Shown in pieces: positions 19,837 to 28,782 of a stretch of 43,385 nt of DNA. Position numbers and translations under genes: made by a program. The stretch is from a virus. How positions within the stretch are numbered: the first letter of the stretch is position 1; each line of letters starts with the position of its first letter. Below the pieces are notes generated by a model. The model was not told the origin of the DNA, ran no database searches, and was given only the letters and a program-made list of their open reading frames with translations. The stretch lies in UHGV virus genome UHGV-0217911; one strand, written 5' to 3'.

Positions 19837-21915
19837 ATGACAGACATTACAGCTAATGTTGTAGTGAGTATGCCTTCGCAACTCTTCACTATGGCTCGTT
19901 CTTTTAAAGCGGTTGCCAATGGCAAAATTTATATCGGTAAAATTGACACTGACCCGGTAAATCCTGAAAACCAGATTCAGGTTTATGTGGAGAACGAAGA
20001 TGGTTCTCACGTTCCTGTTGCACAGCCAATCATCATTAACTCTGGCGGGTATCCTGTATATAACGGACAGATTGCCAAATTCGTTACCGTGCAAGGCCAT
20101 TCTATGGCTGTTTATGATGCATATGGTGCGCAGCAGTTTTATTTTCCTAATGTGCTGAAGTATGACCCTGATCAGTTTCAGAAGAGGTTGGCATCCTTTG
20201 ATGATGGTGATGGGGATGAATTAGTGTCGGTGAAACAACCATTCCCCGGAGCAGCAAATCAAACTCAACACCAAAAGAACCAACAAATCATTGATGTTCT
20301 TGACTTCGGTGCTCATCCATCGAATGCTGACAATAAAGTAGCTCTGCAATTTGCGCTAGATGCAATATATAGCATTGGAGGAGGTACACTACAGTTTTCA
20401 CTACCAGGCATATATACTTTGCTTTCTGAGTTGCAAATAAAATCAAATACTCACCTAAAGATGACTGATGGCGTAACCATTAAACGTAATTTTTCTAATG
20501 ACGTCATGCTGAGAATAAGCCCTAATACTGGCACTAACATTAAAATAACAGGCGGAATACTAGATGGAGGAGGACAAGACCACCCTACAGATCCTTTTGA
20601 CATCATTGCAGCCTCCTCACCAAGAAATCTTTCTATTGTTGGAGTAACATTTCTTGATGTAGTCGATTTTCATGCTGTAGATATTGCTGACGGGCAAGGG
20701 GTGATTATAAGAGACTGTAAGTTTCTTGGCTTCAAACCACTTTCCAACCGAAATTATTCAGAAGCGATCCAGTTAGATCCGGGGATTGAATCTCTTGGCG
20801 ATTATTACCCAAACATCAATGTTCTTGTTGATAACTGTTATTTTGGTTCAAATCCACAAAATACCACCACTGGGTTTGGGGCGTGGGGGGCGGGGGTTGG
20901 GAACCATGCTAATTCATATGGGAATCAGGACAAAAATATAAGGGTCATAAACTGCAGGTTCGATGGAATGCTCTTTGCCGGGGTAAGGGTTTTCAACTGG
21001 TATGATTGGGTGGTTAGCGGATGCTCTTTCTATAACAGTACCGCGCGAGGAGTTCATGTAACCCCATTCCCATCATCATCAAAACCACAGGGGGCAAGGA
21101 GGGGGCGCATTGTTGGCAATTATTTTGAAGGCGTTAGATCCCCGATTCTTCTGGCTGCACCTACATATCCATATACAGATACATCAGATGCATTTCATGA
21201 AGATATCGTAATATCCAACAATTCCATGTTTATTACAGAGTCTCAATCATATGCAGTAGACGCAAGATGGGTTTCAGGACTAACTGTCACTGGAAACACA
21301 GCAAGAGGAGGAATCGGTTTTTTCAAAGGTGATTTTATTAATAAATCAATCATCTCTAATAATGAATACGATTCAGGAACATCAAGTTCTTTATGGATTT
21401 CTGAAACTAATGCAGAAGAATTTATAGGGTCTGGTTTTTCGCATGATGTTGTAATTTCTAGCAACATCTTTAGAAACATTTCCCTGCATGGGATTCATAT
21501 TAATGGTAAATATTCAAATGTTACTATTCAATCAAACATTATAGTTGGGGTTTCTACCGCAGATAATAACCATAATGGCATACGAATTGACTCTGGTGCA
21601 GAAAATGTAATTGTTAGTTCAAATCAAATTCGTGATGGCGTTGCAAATAATAAACCATCAGTTGGTATATTTGCTACATCAAGCTGTAAGAGCGTGTCAT
21701 TTATAGGGAATGTTTCATTTGGAACATCAGCCACACAGAATAATCAAGCTACAGATAAAAGCTCACTTGTGATATTTGGGCAAGAAGGCAACCCAACATC
21801 TAGCGGAGTTGGAGCACCAGTTGGTTCTATTTACACTCGTTCTGATGGAGGTGGAAATACAGTACTTTATATAAAGGAAAGCAACACAAATGCTACAGGT
21901 TGGGTTAATAAGTAA
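19837..21915 (+). CDS. Tailspike protein: conserved P22-type N-terminal head-binding domain plus a divergent beta-helix receptor-binding domain
   Basis: The first ~110 aa ([13 protein letters not shown]...[25 protein letters not shown]...[24 protein letters not shown]) are P22 gp9-like. The remainder is AT-rich and unlike P22, with repetitive beta-helix-like segments. Confidence 0.85.
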   Translation: MTDITANVVVSMPSQLFTMARSFKAVANGKIYIGKIDTDPVNPENQIQVYVENEDGSHVPVAQPIIINSGGYPVYNGQIAKFVTVQGHSMAVYDAYGAQQFYFPNVLKYDPDQFQKRLASFDDGDGDELVSVKQPFPGAANQTQHQKNQQIIDVLDFGAHPSNADNKVALQFALDAIYSIGGGTLQFSLPGIYTLLSELQIKSNTHLKMTDGVTIKRNFSNDVMLRISPNTGTNIKITGGILDGGGQDHPTDPFDIIAASSPRNLSIVGVTFLDVVDFHAVDIADGQGVIIRDCKFLGFKPLSNRNYSEAIQLDPGIESLGDYYPNINVLVDNCYFGSNPQNTTTGFGAWGAGVGNHANSYGNQDKNIRVINCRFDGMLFAGVRVFNWYDWVVSGCSFYNSTARGVHVTPFPSSSKPQGARRGRIVGNYFEGVRSPILLAAPTYPYTDTSDAFHEDIVISNNSMFITESQSYAVDARWVSGLTVTGNTARGGIGFFKGDFINKSIISNNEYDSGTSSSLWISETNAEEFIGSGFSHDVVISSNIFRNISLHGIHINGKYSNVTIQSNIIVGVSTADNNHNGIRIDSGAENVIVSSNQIRDGVANNKPSVGIFATSSCKSVSFIGNVSFGTSATQNNQATDKSSLVIFGQEGNPTSSGVGAPVGSIYTRSDGGGNTVLYIKESNTNATGWVNK

Positions 21916-22199
21916 AACCAGCATTTAAATACAATATATATCATAAAACTTACATAATAGTTATAACTATAATTCTTGCTTAAGAATTTATAAAAACTGA
22001 GACACACAAAGCTTTGCACTGGATTGCAAGGCTTTGTGCTCTTCTATGCTGAGTGGCTACATGTTTGAAGATCGTTGTGCCGTATTTGTGACATACACAT
22101 GACAACATCATGCATCAGCTTTCTGTTTGTGCCATCAACTATAGCTTAGTGAATGCGGTTAATGCTTGCTAAAACAGATAGTTATGATTGGTGCTACAG

Positions 22200-22245
22200 A
22201 TTCGTAATGCGAAGGTCGTAGGTTCGACTCCTATTATCGGCACCA
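22200..22245 (+). repeat. 46-bp copy of the tRNA-Thr (thrW-type) 3' end from anticodon loop to CCA; attR core of the P22-like prophage
   Basis: ATTCGTAATGCGAAGGTCGTAGGTTCGACTCCTATTATCGGCACCA carries the CGT anticodon loop, T-arm and acceptor 3' strand, but the 5' half of the tRNA is absent. Confidence 0.8.
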
Positions 22246-22849
22246 TTAAGAAAATCAATAACTTAGCTTAACTTCTCTAAGAAATTGTATCTTCTGTTAT
22301 CACTTACAAACGCCTATACGTTGTTATGGGCTTTGGTAGTGTAACACGTATGGGCGAGTAGTTCACAGGCTCAACCTCGTAACAAGTTCCTTTGAAGCTG
22401 GAAGACGTGCCACCGTCTCTAAACCTTCTACCAAAACTCTTAGCAAGATGTTCCACACCTGGCGCGGTGTCCAATGATGCTACACGTCGTGAGACGTTGC
22501 AGAGGATAAACAGGCTAAATGATGGGAAGAGTTTTAAGTGCATAGTGGATTAAAGCCCACCTCTTCAAAACCTAACTTGATCGGGAAAGAATCAAGCTCT
22601 AGCACGGTTTCGTCCACCGGAGTACAACGGGTGCCTGATAAGAGAAGAACTGCTAAGACTTCATAGCTTTTGTGAAAAAGCCCTTTTTAGTGGATACGCC
22701 TACGGCGCTTATTTTTTGGTATAACCATCAAAGGCGCTTTATGGCTCCTATTGTCTTGAAAATGTATCTTTACTTGTATTGTGTTTTATGCGTAGCCTTC
22801 CTGTGTAGTATGTAACTTGTTAATTTTCATATGAATACAGAGGCACACG

Positions 22850-23002
22850 ATGAAAAACATTGCAGCTATCAAACGTAATAACCGCAAGATTCACGCTCGT
22901 AAGTTCCTGTCTACGCCAGAAGGAAAAGCCTGGCTAGAGCGTAAACAGCGAGAGAACGAAGAAAGAAAACTCCTTAGTGAGTTGAAATGGCTTAAGGATT
23001 GA
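22850..23002 (+). CDS. Possible small basic protein (50 aa)
   Basis: ATG with GAGG 7 nt upstream; product MKNIAAIKRNNRKIHARKFLSTPEGKAWLERKQRENEERKLLSELKWLKD. Below the ORF-track length cutoff. Confidence 0.3.
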   Translation: MKNIAAIKRNNRKIHARKFLSTPEGKAWLERKQRENEERKLLSELKWLKD

Positions 23003-23567
23003 ATCACCAGTAGGCGCATAACACATCCAGCGATCAAAGATGTGTTTATGCACCTGATAGTGAAATTATTAAAGTCGTTTAGTTAACATCGCCATTGCTT
23101 GAGCAATAATTGCAACAGCGTCCATCTCTTCACTGGAAGCGATGCAAATGCGGTAACTAATAGCCACAACGAATACATCAATAACGAGAAAGTGAATAGT
23201 GTGAAGATGTTTTGAAAGTAAATGCATAACTTCCTCCGGTTTTACGATAGGAAGATTAGAACATGCATTAAATGATGTTACAAGGGTGGTAATTTACCCT
23301 AATAGTCTACTATTCACCTCAATCTACGTCAACCAATATTTGATGTAGATTTAATTTTCTTTTAAAAACAATGTGTTGCAATTTGTTGAATTTTGGGGTT
23401 AGGTTGTTTTTTGAACGTTTTCATCAAGTGTAAAGATACGTTTAGCCTTCATAGTGAGTTCAGTTACTGTCTTTTTCTCTGAAATCGGCGCAGACGTGAT
23501 CAATGTTTAACGCGAAGATCAGCGGCGTCAGGTCCACGCAGCGACAATTCTCAAATATCAGGAGGCA

Positions 23568-24125
23568 TTACGCTTCCTGCTCTTTCTTGATACGTTGCAC
23601 CGTCTGTGTGCTGACACTGAAATCTTTTGCTACGCTCCGAATTGATCCACCATTCGCGAGAGCGGCAACAATTCCCGCTCGATCAATTGCTTTTCCATTA
23701 CCACGTTTTGCTATACGTCCAGCGGCCTTAGCTGCGGCGATCCCCTCACGCTGCCGCTCAAGCATCATTTCACGTTCCATTTGTGCCACTGCTGCAAGCA
23801 CTGTGAGCATCATATTCCCTGCGGGAGAGTTCTTCCCTGTCTTAAAGTCTTCTTTATGGAAATGCACAGACACGCCGCGCTCTGTTAATTGCTCAACCGT
23901 TGCCAGTAGGTCGGCTGTATTACGGCAAAGTCGATCAATGCTGTGAACATGCAAAACATCACCTTCACGCACATAGTTCATCATTGCCTCAAACTGTGGG
24001 CGCTGGGTATTCTTGCCTGACGCTTTATCTTCAAAGACTTTATCAAGAGTTACTCCAGCTAATTGACGGTCTGTGTTTTGTTGGACAGTCGATACCCTAA
24101 TGTATCCAATATTAGCCATTTTCAT
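23568..24125 (-). CDS. Serine recombinase (resolvase/invertase family)
   Basis: 185 aa; N-terminal catalytic domain IGYIRVSTVQQNTDRQ with the active-site serine, and a C-terminal HTH (GGSIRSVAKDFSVSTQTVQRI). Confidence 0.85.
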   Translation of the reverse strand: MKMANIGYIRVSTVQQNTDRQLAGVTLDKVFEDKASGKNTQRPQFEAMMNYVREGDVLHVHSIDRLCRNTADLLATVEQLTERGVSVHFHKEDFKTGKNSPAGNMMLTVLAAVAQMEREMMLERQREGIAAAKAAGRIAKRGNGKAIDRAGIVAALANGGSIRSVAKDFSVSTQTVQRIKKEQEA

Positions 24126-24644
24126 TTTCCTTCTGTGTTGATTTGTGTGTAGTGATTATTGATCGTGTTGATTAGGTGTGTAAAGGACTTTTTTCACTAC
24201 GAAATTCGAAGGTTTTTAGTGTGGTGATTTAGCCTGCTTTATCACTACACGTCTTGCATGAGAATCATGTAGTTACGTTTTGGTAAAATTAGCAAGCTAT
24301 TAAATAGTGTGTTTATTTTGAAAAAATAATTTTTTGTTGCATTAAAGAAACTTGTTCGACAAATGATAGAACGTTTATTGAGCAACAATTTTGCAGTGAT
24401 GCGCTATATGCCGCATTACACAAGGCACAGCGAAAGTGATGTAAAAGTGAAGAAAGCTAACATTGCACTTTTAAGCTACTTTTCATTGAATTTTTACGTA
24501 GGAATTACACAGGGATTAATCATCAATTACATTGAATTTAAGCCTGTTTTAGATGTTTAATTTTGGTAGCAAGAAACACTTTTAGAAGATCATTGCACAG
24601 ATGTTATGTGATAAATGGATGTAACGGTAGGTCACTGTGAACTA

Positions 24645-24780
24645 CCCCCACAGAATTCTGTTATCCTTAACTTTTAAAGAAATATGCACCCTAACAGAAA
24701 ACTGTTACCCCAACCCTAACAGAATTATGTTAGACACCCCCACAGAAAACTGTTAGCCACCCCTACAGAATTTTGTTACC
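24645..24780. repeat. Five iterons (1 + 4 tandem, about 22-23 bp period), each containing the dyad AACAG-N4-CTGTT
   Basis: ACAGAA cores at 24650, 24694, 24719, 24742 and 24765; consensus CCCYWACAGAAWWYTGTTA, followed by an AT-rich stretch. Confidence 0.7.
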
Positions 24781-25742
24781 TATTAGATCAACTATCAAAC
24801 TACAATTAAATTATCTTTTATAAATTCTTTTATCTTTAAAGAATAATTAAGGGATACCCGTTAGGGAGTCTTCGACTATCCCTTAATCTATTGGCATTCG
24901 CCAGAACCTTGCACAAGTTAGAGTGTTAGTCGTTAGACTGCTTGTCATAACACATAGTTTTTTGTTTGTTGATGTTAGTTAGTAGATCTATGTTCGCTAA
25001 TGCCGCTCACAACGAATATGTAATCTACTATGTGCAAATAGCCTACGGCTTGCGTAAGGCTAAATAGTCTTGCGCTGTGCGCAGAACGATAATTAACTAA
25101 CTACCATCTAACGATTGAAATTTACTTGTGCAATAACCTGAGCGTAAGCGAATGGTTGTTAGTGTCTATGCGCTGTGCGCTTCAATAGTTCCATTGATGA
25201 GGCTTACGCCAATCTAACGATCATCAATCTATTTAAGAGAAAATCTATTGTGCAATACTCTGACGAGTGCAATAACCTTGTGTGCTACGCGTTAGCGATG
25301 TTAGCACACAGACAACAACCAACAACAAACAAAAAAGAAAGAATGGTTTTAGTAGTTGAAGGTTAAATAAGTTTCTACCGCTTAAATCAAGCCGTAGGCG
25401 AGCTAAACGTATATAAGGTAGGGAAACACTTAGCGGTAATAGATTAGCTCGTTATAGAGCTTCTGAGAGCTTTGCAGGTATTTTATAAGGTGTTTGAAAT
25501 CAGAGTTTATCTATCATCATCTTTCCATCATCTAACAAATACAAAATAAGCCCCTTAAACAAGCCTCTGACGAGATAAATAGCCTCTACATAAGGGAATG
25601 TCTTGTTTTTATCAAAACCTCGTCAGAATGCGATTGAGAGCGTTTTAGACAATAGTGGAGAATTGTACCAGATAAGATAGCACAAAAAGATAAGAAAAAT
25701 TATAAGAAATTGAAAAAGATCGTATTTTTTATGAAAGGGGGG

Positions 25743-25771
25743 TTGACAAAAGCCTCCATATGTAGTAAAGT
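25743..25771 (+). promoter_or_regulatory. Sigma70-like promoter candidate (TTGACA-17 bp-TAAAGT) for the downstream four-gene module
   Basis: Consensus -35 TTGACA with 17-bp spacing to a TAnnnT -10, about 120 bp upstream of the first ORF. Confidence 0.35.
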
Positions 25772-25891
25772 AAATGTGAGGGGTAAGAAAAGCATCTCCC
25801 CCATCTAAATAATCAAATCACAATACACTGCACTTTGAGCCGTCAGGCTGCAAGGTGTGTTTTTCTTTTATTTGAATAAGGAATTACAAAA

Positions 25892-26074
25892 ATGAAATGG
25901 TTTACACCAAATGACATTGTTTCTGCGTATCTCGCTGGTGAGATGACCCGCTACCAGGTTCGCCAGAATCGTAATACAGCCCGTCGCCGTGGCTACCCAG
26001 AGCGTGAAAAATGCTTTGACGACGCACTAAAAATTATTGATGAACTGCGTAAGGCAGAAGCAGAGAAAGAATAA
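25892..26074 (+). CDS. Small hypothetical protein (60 aa)
   Basis: ORF with AAGGAA 8 nt upstream; first gene of a tightly packed module. Confidence 0.45.
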   Translation: MKWFTPNDIVSAYLAGEMTRYQVRQNRNTARRRGYPEREKCFDDALKIIDELRKAEAEKE

Positions 26075-26095
26075 TAACAGGAGAAGGAGAAAACT

Positions 26096-26266
26096 ATGAG
26101 CGAAACTACAGAAAAGAAAAGACAACCACGCACTTGCTTTCATATTCCTGATGAAGTATTTCAGGTGTTGTTTAAAGAAGCCAGAAGTAAACGTATCACT
26201 GTTACAGATTACATTCTTGATATGTTGAAAAGAGAGGCTGAAACACTCTCAAACAAAAGCAAGTGA
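26096..26266 (+). CDS. Small ribbon-helix-helix-like DNA-binding protein (56 aa)
   Basis: GGAGAAGGAG SD; product MSETTEKKRQPRTCFHIPDEVFQVLFKEARSKRITVTDYILDMLKREAE has a beta-strand/helix/helix arrangement typical of CopG/Arc-type RHH proteins. Below the track cutoff. Confidence 0.5.
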   Translation: MSETTEKKRQPRTCFHIPDEVFQVLFKEARSKRITVTDYILDMLKREAETLSNKSK

Positions 26267-26319
26267 TTTTTATCACCATAGTAGCGCCGTAGAGCGTGAT
26301 TACATCAAGGAGATTTTTA

Positions 26320-26880
26320 ATGATTAATGAAGAACAATTTGTAAAAGTTCCTATGTGGATTCTAAAAATAAGCCAAGTAAACGGGCATAAATTTACAGAT
26401 AGTGCTAAAAACCTTTACTGCTATTTGAGAGGGTTTGATCGTGCATTTCCCTCTTACGCTAAGATAGGCGATGTTTTTGGCATAACACCAAGAGCAGCAG
26501 AAGAAAGGGTTAAGAAATTGCTCGAAATGGGATTAATTATAAAAGATGCACGACCAGGAAGCTCTAACCTTTATCGAGTGCTTGATATTCCAAAAGGAGA
26601 ATCATCACTACCTGATCCTTCTGAGAAAGAAAACGAATCTAATGAAATATTGAATGTTTCAGAAATCATCGTTGAAGAAGAAATACAGGAATCAGAGTTC
26701 CCTGAGCGGCCCGAAATTTTTACTTGGCTTCTTTCCCTTGATAAGAAGAAACCACCGCACGAAGAAACAGAAGACTACGAAGCATTAGAGCGTTATCGTG
26801 ATGAAGTGCTGACGCTCAAGACACCTTTTAACATCGTATTGAATATGATTAATGATGCATTACAAGGAGAAGCCGCATAA
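26320..26880 (+). CDS. Winged-HTH protein resembling phage/plasmid replication initiator N-terminal domains
   Basis: AAGGAG SD before the ATG at 26320. N-terminal NLYCYLRGFDRAFPSYAKIGDVFGITPRAAEERVKKLLEMGLI is a wHTH pattern seen in Rep/replisome-organizer proteins; the C-terminus is acidic. Confidence 0.55.
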   Translation: MINEEQFVKVPMWILKISQVNGHKFTDSAKNLYCYLRGFDRAFPSYAKIGDVFGITPRAAEERVKKLLEMGLIIKDARPGSSNLYRVLDIPKGESSLPDPSEKENESNEILNVSEIIVEEEIQESEFPERPEIFTWLLSLDKKKPPHEETEDYEALERYRDEVLTLKTPFNIVLNMINDALQGEAA

Positions 26881-27188
26881 TGGAAGAAGATATTAGCAAT
26901 GCAATGGAACAACTTTTAGATCTGACTATCTCACTACAAACAAGAATAAATCAAGCCTATTCAGATTTATGCGATTACACGCTCTCTCAATGCGTTATTA
27001 GCTTAATGAAGGTGAATGTAAGCCTTGACGATTTTATCTCTCTGGTGAGCGATTTAGAGCTAATTGAGGACGATGCCAAGATGTGCACTCAAACCATCAC
27101 AGACACCGCCAGCACGTTAAAGGCTGCAAGTGAAGAGATTCAGCAATTAGTAGATGATTTAGCAAAAAGTGCTATTTTCTCTAAATGA
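26880..27188 (+). CDS. Acidic hypothetical protein (102 aa)
   Basis: ORF with start overlapping the upstream stop (translational coupling). Confidence 0.5.
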   Translation: MEEDISNAMEQLLDLTISLQTRINQAYSDLCDYTLSQCVISLMKVNVSLDDFISLVSDLELIEDDAKMCTQTITDTASTLKAASEEIQQLVDDLAKSAIFSK

Positions 27189-27460
27189 TAATGAAAATTA
27201 TTTGCATTTATAACGATTTCATTATATAATAATATTAGGGGTAGATAAAAAGGTTTTGACTGGTGTTAATCCTTCTACTGTCATAAATCCCTGCATATGG
27301 AAGGTGATAGCCTCAAAGGTTGAGTGGCATTAACCTCTAACAAATATTACCTTCCATCCCCTCAAGAAGTTTTAGAATAATCATAACTCCCTCTTTGATT
27401 GTTGATTGTTTCTACGTTGTGTTGATGAATGTTGTTAGGCATTGTGCTTAATTTTGATAA

Positions 27461-27508
27461 AAGCGGGTAGGTGTTATCTCCTTGCCCTTCCCGCTTTTAT
27501 TTTTCATC
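27461..27508 (+). terminator. Terminator-like hairpin plus T-run
   Basis: AAAAGCGGG ... CCCGCTTTT stem with TATTTTT tail. Confidence 0.4.
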
Positions 27509-28182
27509 TATGCTTATCCTAAAGCTCCTTATTTTGTCCGAAAACATTAAAGAGCCTTACACTGATAGTTATATTTTATAACTATTTACTAACATCATTA
27601 AACTCTTATTTAATGACGGAAGTTAGTAACAGAATAATCTATTAAGTTGTTGTCAAAAACAATCATCTGCATAGCGTTAGCCGCAAGCAGAGAGAGTTTA
27701 GCTAAGAATTGTGCAATAACCTTTGGAAATATTGATAGCAAAACGGGTTTTATAGACTGCAAATCTATAATCTTTGGTTGTAAAAACGCTTTTTCTGAAA
27801 CGGTAGATTATTGTTGGTGTAGTTAATCCTATTAAAATTTAATCTGTGAGTAGATGAGAATTGGAATAGTGATTCCTTAAAGCCTTACTTTGTTGCATCC
27901 ACAGCAAAAACAGGCAGCGGTTAGCCACCGCATCCAGAATATCAGATCTTAGTGATTCCAGGGGCAACTCCTAAGAGCCTTCCTTCTAAGATCTGATATT
28001 CATCCTTTAAGCATATCATCAAGTATATTTAAAAAGTGTATTTGCTGATATGTTTAATCCTCTTATAGTTTAACTTATCAATTATGTAATTGCCCGCACG
28101 TTAAAGCCCCTTTGCTGGTCAGAATTAACCTCTTACGGCATTGGGGCTTTTTATTTGTCTGGCACTAACAGGAACGTTATTT

Positions 28183-28380
28183 ATGAAACAAGAAATGATT
28201 ATCAGCAAAGACGGGGAAACGATGATTGTTAGTGATGAAAACCTCATTAAGGTTGCCGCACTGTTGGGAGTTACTCCCGAAAGTCTTCGTTCTACCACTG
28301 CCCAATTATTTAAATCGGCTGATGCGGTTAGTCTTGCTGATGCCCTTAAATCTAAAATTAAACAACTGAAAGGAAAATAA
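28183..28380 (+). CDS. Small hypothetical protein (65 aa), first gene of a six-gene operon
   Basis: ATG at 28183 with AGGA upstream; the track ORF start at 28141 lies inside an upstream hairpin. Confidence 0.5.
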   Translation: MKQEMIISKDGETMIVSDENLIKVAALLGVTPESLRSTTAQLFKSADAVSLADALKSKIKQLKGK

Positions 28381-28384
28381 TCTT

Positions 28385-28768
28385 ATGGCTAACCCATATG
28401 GAAAATTAAAAGCAGTGAATGCGGATAATTCCCGTTCACGCTGTAAGGTAGTAGCTTACGCTGCTGATCCAGTGCTGCAAGATCGCCTCGTCAAACTGGC
28501 TTCACCTCTCACTGACGATCTTATTGTCGGGGCTTTGCTGAAAGCCGATGGCACCAAAGCAACAACTGCATCTGATATTGCTCACGTAGTAGTTGAACCG
28601 GCTTATGAAGGACAGGAAAGCGTAGTGGTTGCACATCCTACTTTCGTTATTCTGGCTGAAGATGGGATTGAATTTAACAGCATGGAAAAGGCAAGTGTTA
28701 TTGCAAAACTGCAATCTCTCGGCTTTGTAATTGCTGGTTATGAAGAACTTGCGATCCCTACGACTTAA
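28385..28768 (+). CDS. Hypothetical protein (127 aa)
   Basis: Tightly packed behind the preceding gene (4-bp gap); no motif recognized. Confidence 0.6.
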   Translation: MANPYGKLKAVNADNSRSRCKVVAYAADPVLQDRLVKLASPLTDDLIVGALLKADGTKATTASDIAHVVVEPAYEGQESVVVAHPTFVILAEDGIEFNSMEKASVIAKLQSLGFVIAGYEELAIPTT

Positions 28769-28782
28769 CAAGGAAAATAATA

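Larger units (their letters stand above)
1..22245 (+). mobile_element. P22-like (Sf6/HK620-type) prophage, late-gene/right arm through attR; left arm lies outside the window
   Basis: Gene order lysis-terminase-portal-scaffold-coat-gp4-gp10-needle-ejection proteins-immI-tailspike is colinear with the P22 late region; it ends at a 46-bp tRNA-Thr 3' fragment. Confidence 0.85.

Noticed and set aside
22200-22245. A complete tRNA-Thr gene
   Set aside because: Only the 3' 46 nt (anticodon loop to CCA) are present. The sequence upstream does not form the D-arm or acceptor 5' strand, so this is an att-site fragment, not a functional tRNA.
23503-23946. 147-aa plus-strand ORF overlapping the serine recombinase gene
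   Set aside because: It is antisense to a recombinase ORF with clear catalytic and HTH motifs; its product is Arg/Ser/Ala-rich low-complexity sequence typical of an antisense frame.
24363-24560. 65-aa ORF upstream of the iterons
   Set aside because: It sits in very AT-rich sequence with no RBS and has low-complexity composition; more likely promoter/regulatory DNA for the recombinase.
24645-24780. Possible CRISPR array because of regularly spaced repeats
   Set aside because: The units are directly tandem (22-23 bp period) with no unique spacers, contain internal dyad symmetry, and there are no cas genes; iterons or operator repeats fit better.
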